The notes under the pieces were generated by a model. That model saw only the letters and a program-made list of their open reading frames with translations. It was not told the DNA's origin and did not search any database. From Octopus sinensis (taxonomy: Eukaryota): DNA of 64,000 bases. Of the stretch, positions 27,201-41,700 are shown in pieces; the stretch's first letter is position 1, and the number at the start of each line of letters is the position of its first letter. The stretch spans positions 56,234,001-56,298,000 of the forward strand of contig NC_043012.1 in assembly GCF_006345805.1 (NCBI RefSeq), in the 5' to 3' direction. Made by a program: the position numbers and the translations under genes.

Positions 27201-30200
27201 TACAAAGAATAAGTCCAGGGGTCGATTTGCTCGACTAAAGGCGGTGCTCCAGCATGGCCACAGTCAAATGACTGAAACAAGTAAACTAGGTTATTATTTT
27301 AATAATCATACTTGTGTATAACAAAATTAAGACTAACATATTTTTTCAAGACTCCCAGGAATTAATACGGATTTCTAATGCCTTGGCCTATTAGTATTCT
27401 GATTATTCTGTCAAATATAAAGCTTCTGTATTCACACCACTTTAAACTAATCGATTAATTATTATTTAATGTTTTGAGATTTCAATGATGTGATTTTGAT
27501 TTTTAAAATGATACACTGTAAGGTAGCTATGAAAGACCATACCTGACTCGGTTGAAGATAAAGCAGGTAGAATATTTTGGTTGGATATAGCTGGTATAAA
27601 CACTAAAGGGTTAAATTGTATTTTTAAAATGTGTAATGCACTTAGATACCCCTTGCAACACACTGGTGTTCTTCAGTGCACTGTTTGAAAACCCCTGGTG
27701 AGAATTCTTATTTCATATGGTGTAGATATCCTTAGATTATTTTCTCCCCAAACAATACTTAGCCAACCACTTAGTCAACCTTGCATGATATATTAAAAGC
27801 ATTGTCATAGCTTTCCTTTCTGTTATTTCTAGTTTCTGTTGTATTATATTTTCAATATCTTTTAACGTCCTTCATAAAATAACAGCCACTTGTAGAAGGT
27901 GTAAAAAGTAAATAAATGCTGATATTCTGGGAGGAGGGAGTTTATTGAGGGTTTGCTATTAGTGGTTATCAATAAAACTGGAACAGCTGTAGTTAAAGTA
28001 AAATAGGGCAACTGCCATTGCTGTGTAGTAGTGCAACTGGAGTACTGAAAGGGCAGTTGATATTGGGGTAAGATTGGGCAACTGATATTGGTATAAGGTA
28101 GGACAACTGGCATTGCATTGTGGTAGGGTAATGGTACAAGAGTATGGTGGAATCACTAATGCTGGAGTAAGGTCAGTCATCTCTGGACAAGAATTAGAAG
28201 GAGCATTTGTCAGTAGTAAGGTGAATCAGGTTTCTATGAAATACTTAAAGCAGCTGTTGTTGGGGTAAAGCAGAACAACTGATGTCAAAGTGAAGTAGTA
28301 AAGCTCTGGGTTGATTTTATGAGGAGCAGCTTGGATTAAATAAGGTGGGGCATGTTTCAAGAAAAGTAAGGTAGCCAGCATTGAAGTAAAGTGGGGAAGA
28401 TGAGATCAAAGTGATGTAGAGCAGTGGGTCTTTGAGTTATCTGAGGCTATTGGCATTGCAGAAAAGGTGAATGCAAAGTTATTAATGTAAGGTTGTTTGG
28501 GGGGTGGGCTGTTCACATCCCTTCCCATATCCATTTACTTTTGATAGCCTGAATTTAATCTAAAATTCTCAGGTAAGAGGGGCATCAGCCGTAAAAAAGC
28601 AATTTTTGTAACAAATAAATTTTCCAACCTGACAAATGTATGGGTAAAATGAATGTAGAACAGTAATGAAGAAAGTGTTTTAAGAAATGAAATTCGTAAA
28701 AGTTTTGGACATAACTGTAAATTTTCATTCAAGAGACACTAAGTCATTTTTAATGATGGAACTCCTAATCGCTAAAGCTATAGCATGTAGAATATTGGCT
28801 TAAAGCCCTATCATTATAGAGCTTTAAGCCAATATTCTACATGCTATTATTATGGCTTTAGCTACTTTGAGTTCCATTGTAAAAAGTGATTTACTTCATA
28901 CCTGTAAGTATAAATAAGAGTTTGAAATATTAACTTTTCAGTTGGTTCTTCAAATCTGCCTTCTTCTCATATTTATATTATTGTTGTTTGTTTTATTGTT
29001 GCAGTAAGTTCCCCTAAACAGTTCAACAAATTAAAGAAGTCTACAGCTTTGAAAACATTAGATTCAAAACCAGGTAAAACTTTTCTTTTTTTTTGTTATG
29101 TATTTGTATTTTGGGTTGGTGATTGGACTTGGCTTCCTGCCTTGGTTTTACGCTCAGAAAGTATGAAACTGTAACTAATTATATATCTTCATCATCTCTT
29201 AACATGTCTCCTTCATGCTAACTTAAGTTGGATGACTTGTCAGGATCTGAAAAATGTTCCAACGTCTGTTCTGGCATGGTTTCTATGGCAAGATTCCCTT
29301 CTAAACACTAACCACTTTACACAATATACTGGGTGCTTTTTACATGATGCTATCACACCAGCATGATGCCTTCATACACACACACACACACACACATATA
29401 CATATACCATAATAACACATGTAATTTACGCACATTTTTCGCAAACAAAAATAAACTTTAGGCAGTGCGTAAATTACATGAGTAGATCATTTCCAGAAAA
29501 TTTTTTGCTGAAAAATGATGTACAAATGTAAATATTCATACAAGAAATTGACTCATATTATGTCAGAATAAGTTTTTACAGAACAAATAAGATGAAGTTG
29601 ACTTTTATTTATGCTGGACAGTATAATGCTTACTTTTTTTTTCTGTATAAATATACTAAAACCATTAAATGGTTAACTACTTTTTGAAGTTTGACGTTCA
29701 TACCGGTAATCACGGTCTGGGCCATATTTTACATTGCTTGGAGTCTCTACCTATCACAAGGGAGCCCAGCAATTTCCTTAAATAGATCAGTTTTTCTCTG
29801 CTTAAGAAGTCTTGCTTGCATTTGCTTCCAGGAAGCTATTGCTTGCTTTCTCCGTGTTAAGACAATGAAATTAATTACCACAGACATCACCAACATCAAC
29901 ATCATAATCCATCCTTGCACGTGTACACTCACTAAGTGAAAATGCATTAGCATTCTTACAGAAACCTTTATTTACCTTATACGATGTTTAATGTCGTTTC
30001 ACATTGATGTTGAATTATGCAGCAATCTTATGCTCTCTTCATAGAACAATTGTAATGTACGAATTACCAGTTCTTTTGGTATAATAGATTTTTGCTATCC
30101 TTTTTTATGTCCCCTCACAGACGTGTATATCCTAACAAGTTGCTTCTTAAATTTCGCACCTCTCTTGTTCAGTAAACACTGAGTTAAACCTGCAAAGCTG

Positions 30201-33200
30201 TTTATTTTCTCCTTTCGATTTTTAATGTCTATTTTAGCGGGTTACCAAACTATCAGTTTGGTCTCCCAGCTAAAATGGTAAAGACAAATTTTTAAGTTTG
30301 CTTGATATTTTATAATATTGATAAAGCACCTTTATAATGATTTGTTAATATAATCACATCTACTGTTGTAATCATGTTAATATTTTTCGGAGATAAAATT
30401 CAAATCATGTTGTGGATTAACTTTGTCTTTCATTTCTCTGAAATCAATTAAATAACATCTAGACAGGCAGTAATTTAAGGATTGAAATTCTTGAATGAAG
30501 AGTTTAGTGTGCAATTGTGTCTGTGCCATGCAAAATGCAATCATGCCAGAGCCATGTAAAAGCACCCAGTATACTCTGTAAAGTGGTTGGTGTTAAGAAG
30601 GGCATCCAGCCATAGAACCCATGCCAAAACAGACAATTGGAGCATGGACAACTCTCCAGCTGGCCAGCTCTTATCAAATCATCCAACCCTTGCCAGCATG
30701 GAAAACAGACATTAAATGATGATAATGATTAAGCATTTGATGTAATGTGTTCCCCTGATGAACTATTAATCACAACGGTGAAACAGGCATAGGGAACAGA
30801 TGATATAAACTGCATCCTATGTTTATAGTTTCTCTGACATCTGCTCTGTGTATCAGAATCATTTATACATATAAGTACAATATATTTACATTAATATGTT
30901 TATATCTAATAATCAGAAAAGAATAAATTCTTATTGTTACCTTTGTATTTACCTCTCTCTTTTTTTTCTCTCTATTTTAGGTGTTTATACAAGATACAAA
31001 ACATTTTTAAATAAAGACAAAGTTATTTTAAAGCGAGTTATAAAGGTAAGATTAATTTTCAGTCAGTAAGATTATAATTTGGAGAAAAGATTTTTGACTT
31101 CATTACTAGAAATAATTTAACATCTATACTTTGTTTCCATTAGTTTCATCTCCAATATTTACAATTATAGTATATGGACTATATTTTCATTAATCTGAGC
31201 TCCAGTTATCATCTGATATCTTATTCCTCAATGTAGTACATCCAGGAATAGGATACTGGATTCTAACTCTGAAATTTTATTTTTTAATGAAGAGTAAAAC
31301 CAGTGACATAATGTGGGTTGTGAGGTGCATGCAGTTTACACAGGTTGGCCACACTTTATACATGTGTGTGTTTGCCGTTGTCAAAGGCACGTTATGTTTA
31401 AAGAAGTGGGTGGACAATTTGGCTGCTACACAGGGTAACCAAAACCTACACTACACCTCTGATGCATGTACATAGTGTGTAATTATATTTAGTTTAGAAA
31501 TAAAAGTACCTAGTTCAAATCCAATTCATTACTGTGTTCACATCCTGGGCTAAGGCTGTTTTTCTAATTACAGACTTCAGTCATTAGACTGTATCTATAC
31601 TAGGGTACTGCCTTCTTCTGAGGTTTTTAGTTAATCATAGTGATCTCCAGGAGTTTTCTTGATCTATATTTTATTGATTGGTTAAGTTACCATTTTGAAA
31701 TAACACAGGGTTTTCCTCTGTTTCAACTAGCCATATTATTTCAAATACAAACATGGGCACACATATACGATGAGCTTTTGCAGTTTCCATCTAACAAATT
31801 CCACTCACAAAGTGGTCAACTGGAAGTTGTAAAAGACCCATGCCCAATGCCTACTCAGACATTAAAACCATTGAAACAGTAGTATTTGCTAAAAACAACA
31901 AGTGGACAGTGAAATTGCCATGGGAAGTCCTTCTTCAGAGTTGCAACCAGTTTCTCAAACAGTGGCTGTGAAACTCTGCTGTCTTTCTTTTATTTTCCTT
32001 CTGTCATCATTTCCCAGAAGAATGGCTCTTTCTGAAATACACATACTCCAATCCACGCAGCAACTTCTCTGTGCTTATTAATTATGATGCTTTTTTCCCC
32101 ATATAATACAAGTCTTGATGATGCAGACCACCACCAGTCTCCATGGATTCTGTTTTATCTAAAACATAGTATAGATGAAAATATTTTTCTAAGATTTATA
32201 ATCTTAATTCATTTCAAACATTTACACATTTAATTTACAGTCATCAACTTCATTGCAATTCGTGTAGCTTGGGAAAATTATTAAATATTTTGTTCAAAAT
32301 ATCTTTTTTTTTTTAATGTCTTTTGGATGGTAGTTATTTTGAGATATCTTATCTAGGAGGCTTTCTTTTAGCTGCTCTGTAGAATTCTAAAACTTATACA
32401 TCTACATTTCTGAGAGAAGTTATTGTAATAATTAATAACTTAGATTCCTCAGAATATTAACCTCATCTTTTATATGCAGTTTTGCAATTTTTTCAGTTAC
32501 CCTATTTCCATATTTACACACATGTGGAGGCGCAATGGCCCAGTGGTTAGGGCAGCGGACTCGTGGTTTCGATTCCCAGACCGGACGTTGTGAGTGTTTA
32601 TTGAGCGAAAACACCTAAAGCTCCACGAGGCTCCGGCAGGGGATGGTGGTGATCCCTGCTGTACTCTTTCACCACAACTCTCTCTCTCTCTTACTTCCTG
32701 TTTCTGTTGTACCTGTATTTCAAAGGGCCGGCCTTGTCACTCTCTGTGTCACGCTGAATATCCCCGAGAACTACGTTAAGGGTACACGTGTCTGTGGAGT
32801 GCTCAGCCACTTACATGTTAATTTCACGAGCAGGCTGTTCCGTTGATCGGATCAACCGGAACCCTCGTTGTCGGAACCGACGGAGTGCTTCCATATTTAC
32901 ACACATTGACACCTTTATGTTTATATATGTGTGTGCTTGTGTGTTTACTATGTGTATTTCTGTTTTAACTTAAATATGCCGTTTCCTTGTGTGTTGTAGA
33001 AGACAGTCAAAAGGTTTCATGTCAGGAAGGACATCTAACCATAAAAAAAGTATGGAAAAGACTTGTGGGATATGCAAGGCTAACCCCTACTTTTAGCCAG
33101 GGGAAGATAGCCTTAAAACGTTTGTTGTTCTGATATATATGTTGCTATGTATATAGGAATAGAGCACAGCTGTTTGTTTCATTGTTCAGTATTTTGGGTC

Positions 33201-35669
33201 TCCACTTTGAGAAAATCCCAGTTTTCTTTTTCTACCAAGTAAACTATAATGCTTTGTGTTGTTTAAACTCATCAGTAAAAAGTAATGTTCTGTAAATTCC
33301 AATTTGAACATTTCTAAATAGGGAGCACAAACTAAAAGACCTGTTGAAGTTCAGAATGCAATGTTACGCCGATATTTCCTAGAACTCACGCAAAGTTTCA
33401 TGATTCCTTTAGTAAGTTATATGTTTTTAGTACTTTTTGCTCTATTATAAAGTTGTTTTTCTTTTTCTTGGTGTTTTTTTTTTAATGACATATGTCTTTG
33501 CGCTATTGAACTCATTTTTCACATACACACATACACAGTGTGTGGTCTTCTACCTGGCCAGCTCCTGTCAAACCGTCCTACTCATACCAGCATGGAAAGT
33601 GGACATTAAATGAGGATATATATATAGTCCAACCCATGCCAGCATAGAAAACATAAAAATGATGATGATGGTGACTCTCTCTCTCTCCCGATATATATAT
33701 ACACACACACACACATACATTTATATATATATATAAAAAACAAAATGGGACAAGAATGCAAAAAATCTGGACAGCTAGGTGATACAAAAAGGAACAACAA
33801 AACATCCAGATAGACGATACAAAGAAAACAAGGACAGGTCATTCAAAGCCCTCTATCCTCAGTCAAGCACCAGATTATATATATTGCTACAAGTACATAG
33901 GTGTATAGTAAAGACACTGTTATCTAAAGTATGCTATATCTGAAAAAAGATTGGATGATCAAGGCTGGAATACTTTTGAACATAAGCTTACTCATTCAGG
34001 ATTGAACTGAGGCTACAAAAAAGTACAAGACGCCCCACTTCTTTCACTTGGATTACTTGCCACTTCTTTTTAACTAAATTAACCTCATTCAGTTTAACTC
34101 CACGACTTGCAATTTAGGACAACCCTACCAGAAAAAAGTAAAATACAGATGTATCGCCTTATTTGCACCTTCTCTTTGTCAAACTAACTAATGAAAAAAA
34201 GAAAAGAATTTTAAATGTTTTTCATTGTTCCTTTATTTCCAGGAACGACACATGGCCAGTTTGATGCCACTCCAAAGGAATATTTCTCCTCACAAGGTAA
34301 GAGTTTGTGGAATTTGGAGTTATATCATCTTAAGCAAATAATTCTCTGATATTTTATGACAGTATTTTCGGTTTTTGTTGTATTTCAGGTGGGACATTAT
34401 GCCAATTCTTTTAATATGATTAGTCAACTAAGGTAGCAAGGTACCAGAATCGTCAGTACATCAGACAAAATGCTTAGCAGCATTTTATCCATTTTCACAT
34501 TCTGAGTTCAAATTCTACCAATGTTGACTTTACTTTTCATCCTTAACGATTAAGCAAACAATCGATTAGTTCATTGATTGAATGATTAAGTAACTGAATA
34601 ATAATAACAAAAGAAAATAAATACAACCAGTGTGTGTCTTTATTATTGGCATAATGACCCATCCCACTGAGATATAATATCTGTTTCAAAACCTGAATTC
34701 ATATCCAGAATCTTGCAAACCAAATACAGACGAAATATATTCAGCGTTTCTTTGTTTTGTTTTTTGTTTTCTTTACATTCTAAATTGTGGCCCGAGTTGT
34801 ACGCGTTTGAAGTTGATTTAGTCAACTTTACTAATTCTGATTGATGTTAGTATTTTGATAAGATATAACTGAGAAGTGTCAAACGTAGACACTAACTAGA
34901 TGTTGGTTAATAAAATAAAGAAATACAACTCTTGTTGAAAATTGGGGACATTTTTTGTTGTGTCATTAATGAACTCGTTAACTGTATTACGTGGCTGAGT
35001 AGTTATGGTACTGCAACTACTGACCACAGGTCAATTTTCAAACTGCTCCGTACAGCAGTTTTGGTGCTCATAACCAAGGGACATAACTCTGTTTGCTCTA
35101 GTTTGCCTGACTTACAAAAAACAGACTTCAGTCCCTTGTTTAAATTGCGAGCTTTGTGAATTGCTTCAATAAGAAGCATTCTCTCTGTTTGGTCATAAGC
35201 TAAAAATTGTAAAACGTATATAGAAATAGTGTCTTAATGTGTTTGTTTAATCGCATGTCATCTTTTTTTGAGCAAGCTATATAGTCAAAGATATACTTGC
35301 TATAGCCATCCCATCTTTGAAATGCTTTCGATTTTCATTATCTAATACATTGTACCTTGTTTAAGGCGGATTTGATTGCTATTTTTAGCAATTTAAAAGT
35401 TTTCATTTTAATATACAATAGTTTAACCCCAGGTTAGCTCTGATTAAGCAGTCCTATAATCAAGAGGTTCCGTCCTTCACAATCCTGCCTTTTTTTTCTT
35501 TCTTTCTTTTTCCGTACACTGTATATCTAGAACTATTTTCAATGCAGCCTTAATTTTTGAAGAAAATAGGGTGAGATGAGAATGATTTGGCTGCTGTTTC
35601 AAGCAGTTCAAGTGACCATGTAGAGGTTAATCACTGGCTCAAAGAAAAGGCTCACTCTGTATGTTGCAC

Positions 35670-35702
<33 letters not shown>

Positions 35703-38700
35703 TGTGTGTGTGTGCATGCACACACATATTCATATTGGTCCCTTCTAAGAATGAGTAGAAATATGGAAGCAGATGAGATACCGTGATCCCTTATTCTACA
35801 TGACATTCAGACGGAGAATAGGTACAGAGGTTCTTGATGGGGGAAAGAGGCAATCTATGGCGTCTTATGAAGATGAATAAGCAAGCAGACAGAACAGGCA
35901 GGTGCTTTTGATCACATAAGGTGAAGAAATTAACTACTTATCACTTGACTGCAATGAAAGTTTGTTATTATTTGGTCTTTAGAAAAGTGTTTCGTTGGTA
36001 TTTTAGAGAGAGAAAAAAATATTCGGATTGGCTGTTAGTGTTGTATCTAGAAAGGTAGACACAAGATTAGGAAAATAGGAGAAGTGAGGGGAGGTAACAA
36101 GACCAGTCATTCCAAGGACCAGAAGCACTGTAGAAAAGTACAAAGTCATGTAGATGAGAGAACTAAATGTAGTAACATCTATGATTTTCTCAAGGGCTAA
36201 AGGTACTTGTCGTTAAGATATCAGTTCACTGGGAAGCTTATATTTTTATCTACATCAATCAGCACTGTGTATATTTGCATATGTGTCTTTGCCAGTAATT
36301 AAACTTGATTTGTCTCTTATAATTCAGTTGTCTAATATGCAAATATTATTTCTCAACTCCTGCCTTCAACTTAGCAGGCTCCACCCAGGTTACGGCCATT
36401 TGATGCCAATGAGTTTTTGAAAACGGTGGAACAGTCTGGTCCACAACTAACTTCAGGTATCAAAGGAGATTGGGAAGGTTTATACAAGTAAGTATTATTT
36501 TTTTATCTATTAGACAATAAATTCGGCTAAAATAAAATGGTTTACAAAGAACAGACTTAGAGATTTAAAAAGTCATCAAATTCAAACTCAGAATCCTCAA
36601 CTTAAAAACTATTTATCATTTCTCACTCCTGATTGCTATTTTTTCATAATAAAAACATCAGCACACTGTTTTTGGCCAGATTTCTTATATATTATTTTTT
36701 TCCTTCATTACCAAAGTCAGTTTTACCTTCCATCCTTTTGGTGAAAGATTTTGATTTTGATCATTGTAAAACAGAAAGTAGAGATTATAGAAGCAGGAAC
36801 AATCTTAATTGAGCTGATGTCAAAAGGATTAATACTGCATGCTTATTTATCCCTTGTCAGTTTATGTGCAATCATAACACCTACTTGTGCCTTGGTGGAG
36901 TCAGCTGTTAAAATTTAGAACGTCTTGGACATGAACACAATATAGTATTGGTGTTTGGATATGAACTGCTGATCTCTTGGTAAACATTTATTTTCTCTTG
37001 GCTTATCCATGGAGGCTTTCAGTAGGTGCAATGTTGTTAAATGTGGTTTCAGTTGAACTATATTACACATAAAGAAAATATCGTTTTTCTTGTTATTGTT
37101 AACGAGTTATTGTTTATCCCCAGGTCAGCCCTGATTCAGCTGACCTGTGTATCAAGGTGGTAAGTGGGCAGAGACATAAGAGCCATCTAATAGAATGCCT
37201 TGTGGTATTTATTCTAGTTGTTGGTGCTTTTAGTTCAAGTCCCACTGAGCTCAACTTTTCCTTCCATACTTTCAGGGTTGATAGTTGATAAAGTACCAGT
37301 TAAATACTGAGATCAAAATCTCTCTCTCTCTCTCCTTCCCTCCCGTTGAAGTATGGACCTTGTCAAGTTTAAAATGTCTAAGACCCAAGACATACTGCAT
37401 GTCACAACAGAGGTCCCATCAGGAGTTAAAAACAAAAACAAGGGATAGTGTACCAAGGATTAAATTACCTGTGTACTTCCCTTTTTAAAAATGAACAGGT
37501 GTAATTTAAAGGAGATGTAGTCAGTGTTTTTAGTAAATTAAACAATCCCAGAGAAATTCCCACACTGGTTAGTCATTGTTTACTTTCATAGAAGTGGTGG
37601 ATTGGATGCAGACAGAAATATATGCAGTCCTGTTAAGATATAACTAATATAATAAACCTTTATATCTTGGAATGGTCATTATGTCAATAATAAACAAATG
37701 CACTTTGTTTTATTTCACTTTATTTTCTTTGTCAATTGGTTAACCAGTTGACAAATAATCAACTGTTTGGTTTAATCATTTAGTCAGTTATTTAGCTAAG
37801 TTTGTCAAAATCGTTTCGTTGCTATTCACAACTTCATCAAGGACACACTTTCTCTACTTCAGGTCTGTTTATTATTGGCATAATGACTCTCCCAAGGTAC
37901 AACAAAATATATTTCAACTCACAAGTTCACATCAAGAATCTTGCAAAACCAAATATAAAAAGGAAATAATATAATCATCATCAAAATCACTTAACTGATA
38001 CGGCCAGTCTTTAGGGTTCCACTTTAGATGTTTCCATAGTCAGCCGTTGCCACTGGTCTCTGTTCTCTGTGTTGTGACCTGTCTAGACCTTGATGATGTC
38101 AAACCAGGATTTTCTCTGCCTCTCTTTAACCCTCTCTCAACTGTGCCCTGAAGTGTGATTTTGGATAGGGTGTTGTGCTCTGTATATCAGATGTGTAATA
38201 GCCTTCTGAAGTGTTTGTTCTCAAATGCCTCAATTCTTTGCTCCATATCAGCTGTAAGAGTCCAGTTCTCGCACCCATACAGAAGGATCGAAGTCACCCA
38301 GGTCTTGTATGAAAACTAATGGAATTGCTGGATCAAATTGACTTTCTTCCCCGTGTCCCTTTCTCTATTCCTACCCTTACCTAACAATGATTTCTTGTGC
38401 AATAAATAAAGAAATTGCTATTTTTTCCTTCCCTAGACGTTTTTTCCAATCTGCCAACTTTGAGGGCTGGTATCGGCACCGGCAACATGAAGTCAATCAG
38501 AAACTGCAAGTTTTACATATGGAGGCCTTAAGTAATGTGGTAAGTAGTTATTATTGTTACTATAATGCATTGAGCTAGTAAATTGTTGGTATATCAGATA
38601 AAATGCTTAGTGGCCTTTCTTCCAGTTCTTTACATTCTGAGTTCAAATACTGTTGAGGTCAACTTTGCCTTTCATCTTTGGGGACTCAATAAAATAAGTA

Positions 38701-41700
38701 CTCAAATACTGGGGTCAATGAATCAACTTGCTGATTTTGTGCCAAAATTTGAAACAATGTATTGTTGTTATTGTAGTTGGCATTAGGAAGGGCATCCAGC
38801 TGCAGAAACAATGCCAAATCAGATTGGAACCTGGTGCAGCTCACCAATTTACCAGTTTTCAATCAAACTGTCCAACCCATGCTAGCATGGATAATGGATA
38901 TTAAATGGTAAGGATGATGAGGGTAAGCTGGCAGAATTGTTAGCATGTGCAACAGAAAGCTTAGCACCATTTCATCCATCTTTACATTCTGACTTCAAAT
39001 TCCACTGAGGTCAACTTTGTCTGTCACCCCTTCCGGATCAATAAAATAAGTACCAGTTGAACTTATAACAATAATATACAATAGCAATATATATTATATA
39101 TATAATATATTGTTATAATATATATTATATTGTTACTCTCATCATTCTTACCATTTAATATCCATTTTCCATGCTAGCATGGGTTGGACAGTTTGATTGA
39201 AAACTGGTAAATTGGTGAGCTGCACCAGGTTCCAATCTGATTTGGCATGGTTTCTACAGCTGGATGCCCTTCCTAATGCCAACTACAATAACAACAATAA
39301 GTACCAGGTTAGTGTAATTGACTTACCCCTTCTCCTGAACTTGCTGGTTGTGTGCCAAAATCTGAAGCCATTATTATTACTATTATGTGCCTAGGCTCAT
39401 CATATTTGTAGTATAGTATGAGCAAAGTGTAAGCACAGAGGCAACATGAAATAACAGTGGGTAGAGTGGGAGTCTGCATGAACATGCAGATGACTCCCAC
39501 AAGGCTACAAAGCTACTCTGTAGCTACATACACCATGGGTGGGGAGAAAAGAAAGCAATTAGACTAGTAGTGCAGAGCAGAAAGCCTGGTTGCTATACAT
39601 ATGTGCCACTTGAGTGAAACTGCAAAAGTAGAGGATAAAAATGTTATGAGCATCATCAGAGGCAGCAATATCTACAACAGCAGGTGACAGAAACTTTCGT
39701 TTCTAGAGCAATGCCAATCACAACCCCAAAGGTTCAAAATTCATTTTGTCCTCTACGTCAGGATTTGATGACCAGGAAGCTGAGAGGTAAAGTGTTGATT
39801 GTATGAACTACATCCCTTAACCTACGAGCTATGATTTGAGGGGATTTGGCTGCTATTTGTAACAGTTCAAGTGATTATGTACCAATTCCTCATTTGCTGA
39901 AGCTGTTAGAAGTTGATACGTGATGTGTGTGTATGATTCAAAATTGTACAAAAACTGAAGGCAGAGAGGTAGGTGAGTGAGCAACAAACAAGGTGTATTA
40001 GTTTGATGCTCAGGAAAAATGGAAGAGTTTTTCACATTTTGAACCTACAGAAAATACTGAGGAAAGAAGACAAAGGAGAGAAAAAAATCCATGTCTGGAG
40101 TAATTGTTTCACTTGCAAAATTATACACACACATAGCATGGTTGTGTGGTTAAGAAGTTTACTTCCCAACCACATTGGTTCAAGTTCAGTCCTCTTGTGT
40201 AGTACCTTGTGCTAGTATCTTCTACTCTAACCCTGAGCCAACCAAAGCCTTCTGGGTAGATTTGGTTGACAGAAACTGAAAGAACCCCATCATATGTATA
40301 TGTGTTTGTATGCATGGATGTATGTTTGAGAATATTTATTATTAATGAACAAAACTTTTTTCTTATTTTTTATGTATCCAATTATCATCTTGTTAATTAT
40401 TTCTAGGATATCCAAGATTGGATACGAGATAAAGAAGAAGTAGAAATAGTCGATTTAATTCTGAGATTAAGAGAAAAACTGGTAAGTTCGTTTTCTTCCT
40501 TTATCTCTACAGTACGATGTTTTGTTGAGACACCTTTTCTTGACCACATCATATATTTATATATAACATTCATGGCTACCACTCCAAACTCATCACCACC
40601 AAACAACCATTTTTCCTTTTTATCAAGCCTCACATATTTTCACCTACTGAAATTTTATAAGATTATAGTTTTTCTCAGATTATTGACTTCTCACCTCTAT
40701 AGATAAAGCATTTATGAAAACACCTCATTACCATTATCTCTTGCAACTCCTTCCGTTCATTTTCTCTTTCTCTCCCCGTTCCTTACTAAATGAGTATCCA
40801 TACAAATCCTCTACAAGAACCTGCACTGCCCATTCCCCTCTCCATAGTTCAATCCCTCAACCACTAGCATGAAGCTGACACCACCACCACCACCCCAGGG
40901 CTTGTAGTTTCTGTGAGCTGCATGGCAACCTCAATAGTGCAGGAGGCACAAAAAAACATCCTATCTATGTGGCTTTAGGAATGGTATCTGGCCATAGGAA
41001 CCATGTCAAAACAGACTGTAAAACAATGCAGTCTTTGAACACATCAGATCCTGCTAAACTGTTCAACACATGCCAGCATGGAACACAGGCGTTAAATGAT
41101 GATGCCGATGGTTATGGTGATGACATCTAAGCTATGCTTTCATCAGTTTGATCTCTGACTGCCTTCAAGTTTTGCTTTTTCTTTTATCCCTAGATATGAC
41201 TGGATTCAAACAAGGAACTTTCATTTTTAAGCTAACATTCTGATACACACATATGCATCAATTTCCCCATTGATAATAATGTTCTGACCCTTAATTTAGA
41301 AACAAGAGTACCTATTCAAATCCAGTATGATAGTGTACGTACAGGAATAAGATGTGATGATGGCTAACAATACATTTATAATTATACATTTCTTACCCAC
41401 TATTTTTTAATGATTTTATATTTAAATACTGTCTTCAATACATTTTCCTACATTTACATGAGTGGACTGGTTTGTATAAGTTTCTGACATATTTTTTAAA
41501 TGATTGCTTTTTCCAACTGACTAAGCCCTTCTATTGCTATCCAGTCAACTGGAAGTAAGAGGAGTCTATTAACAATATTCAGTAATGGCCAGCAGAGAAA
41601 CAGATCACATGCCTTGCTCTGTTGCATTACATAATGGCTATAGCGAGACTGTAGTGAAGCTTGAATTATGACATTGATCAATATTTAAACATCTTTACTT

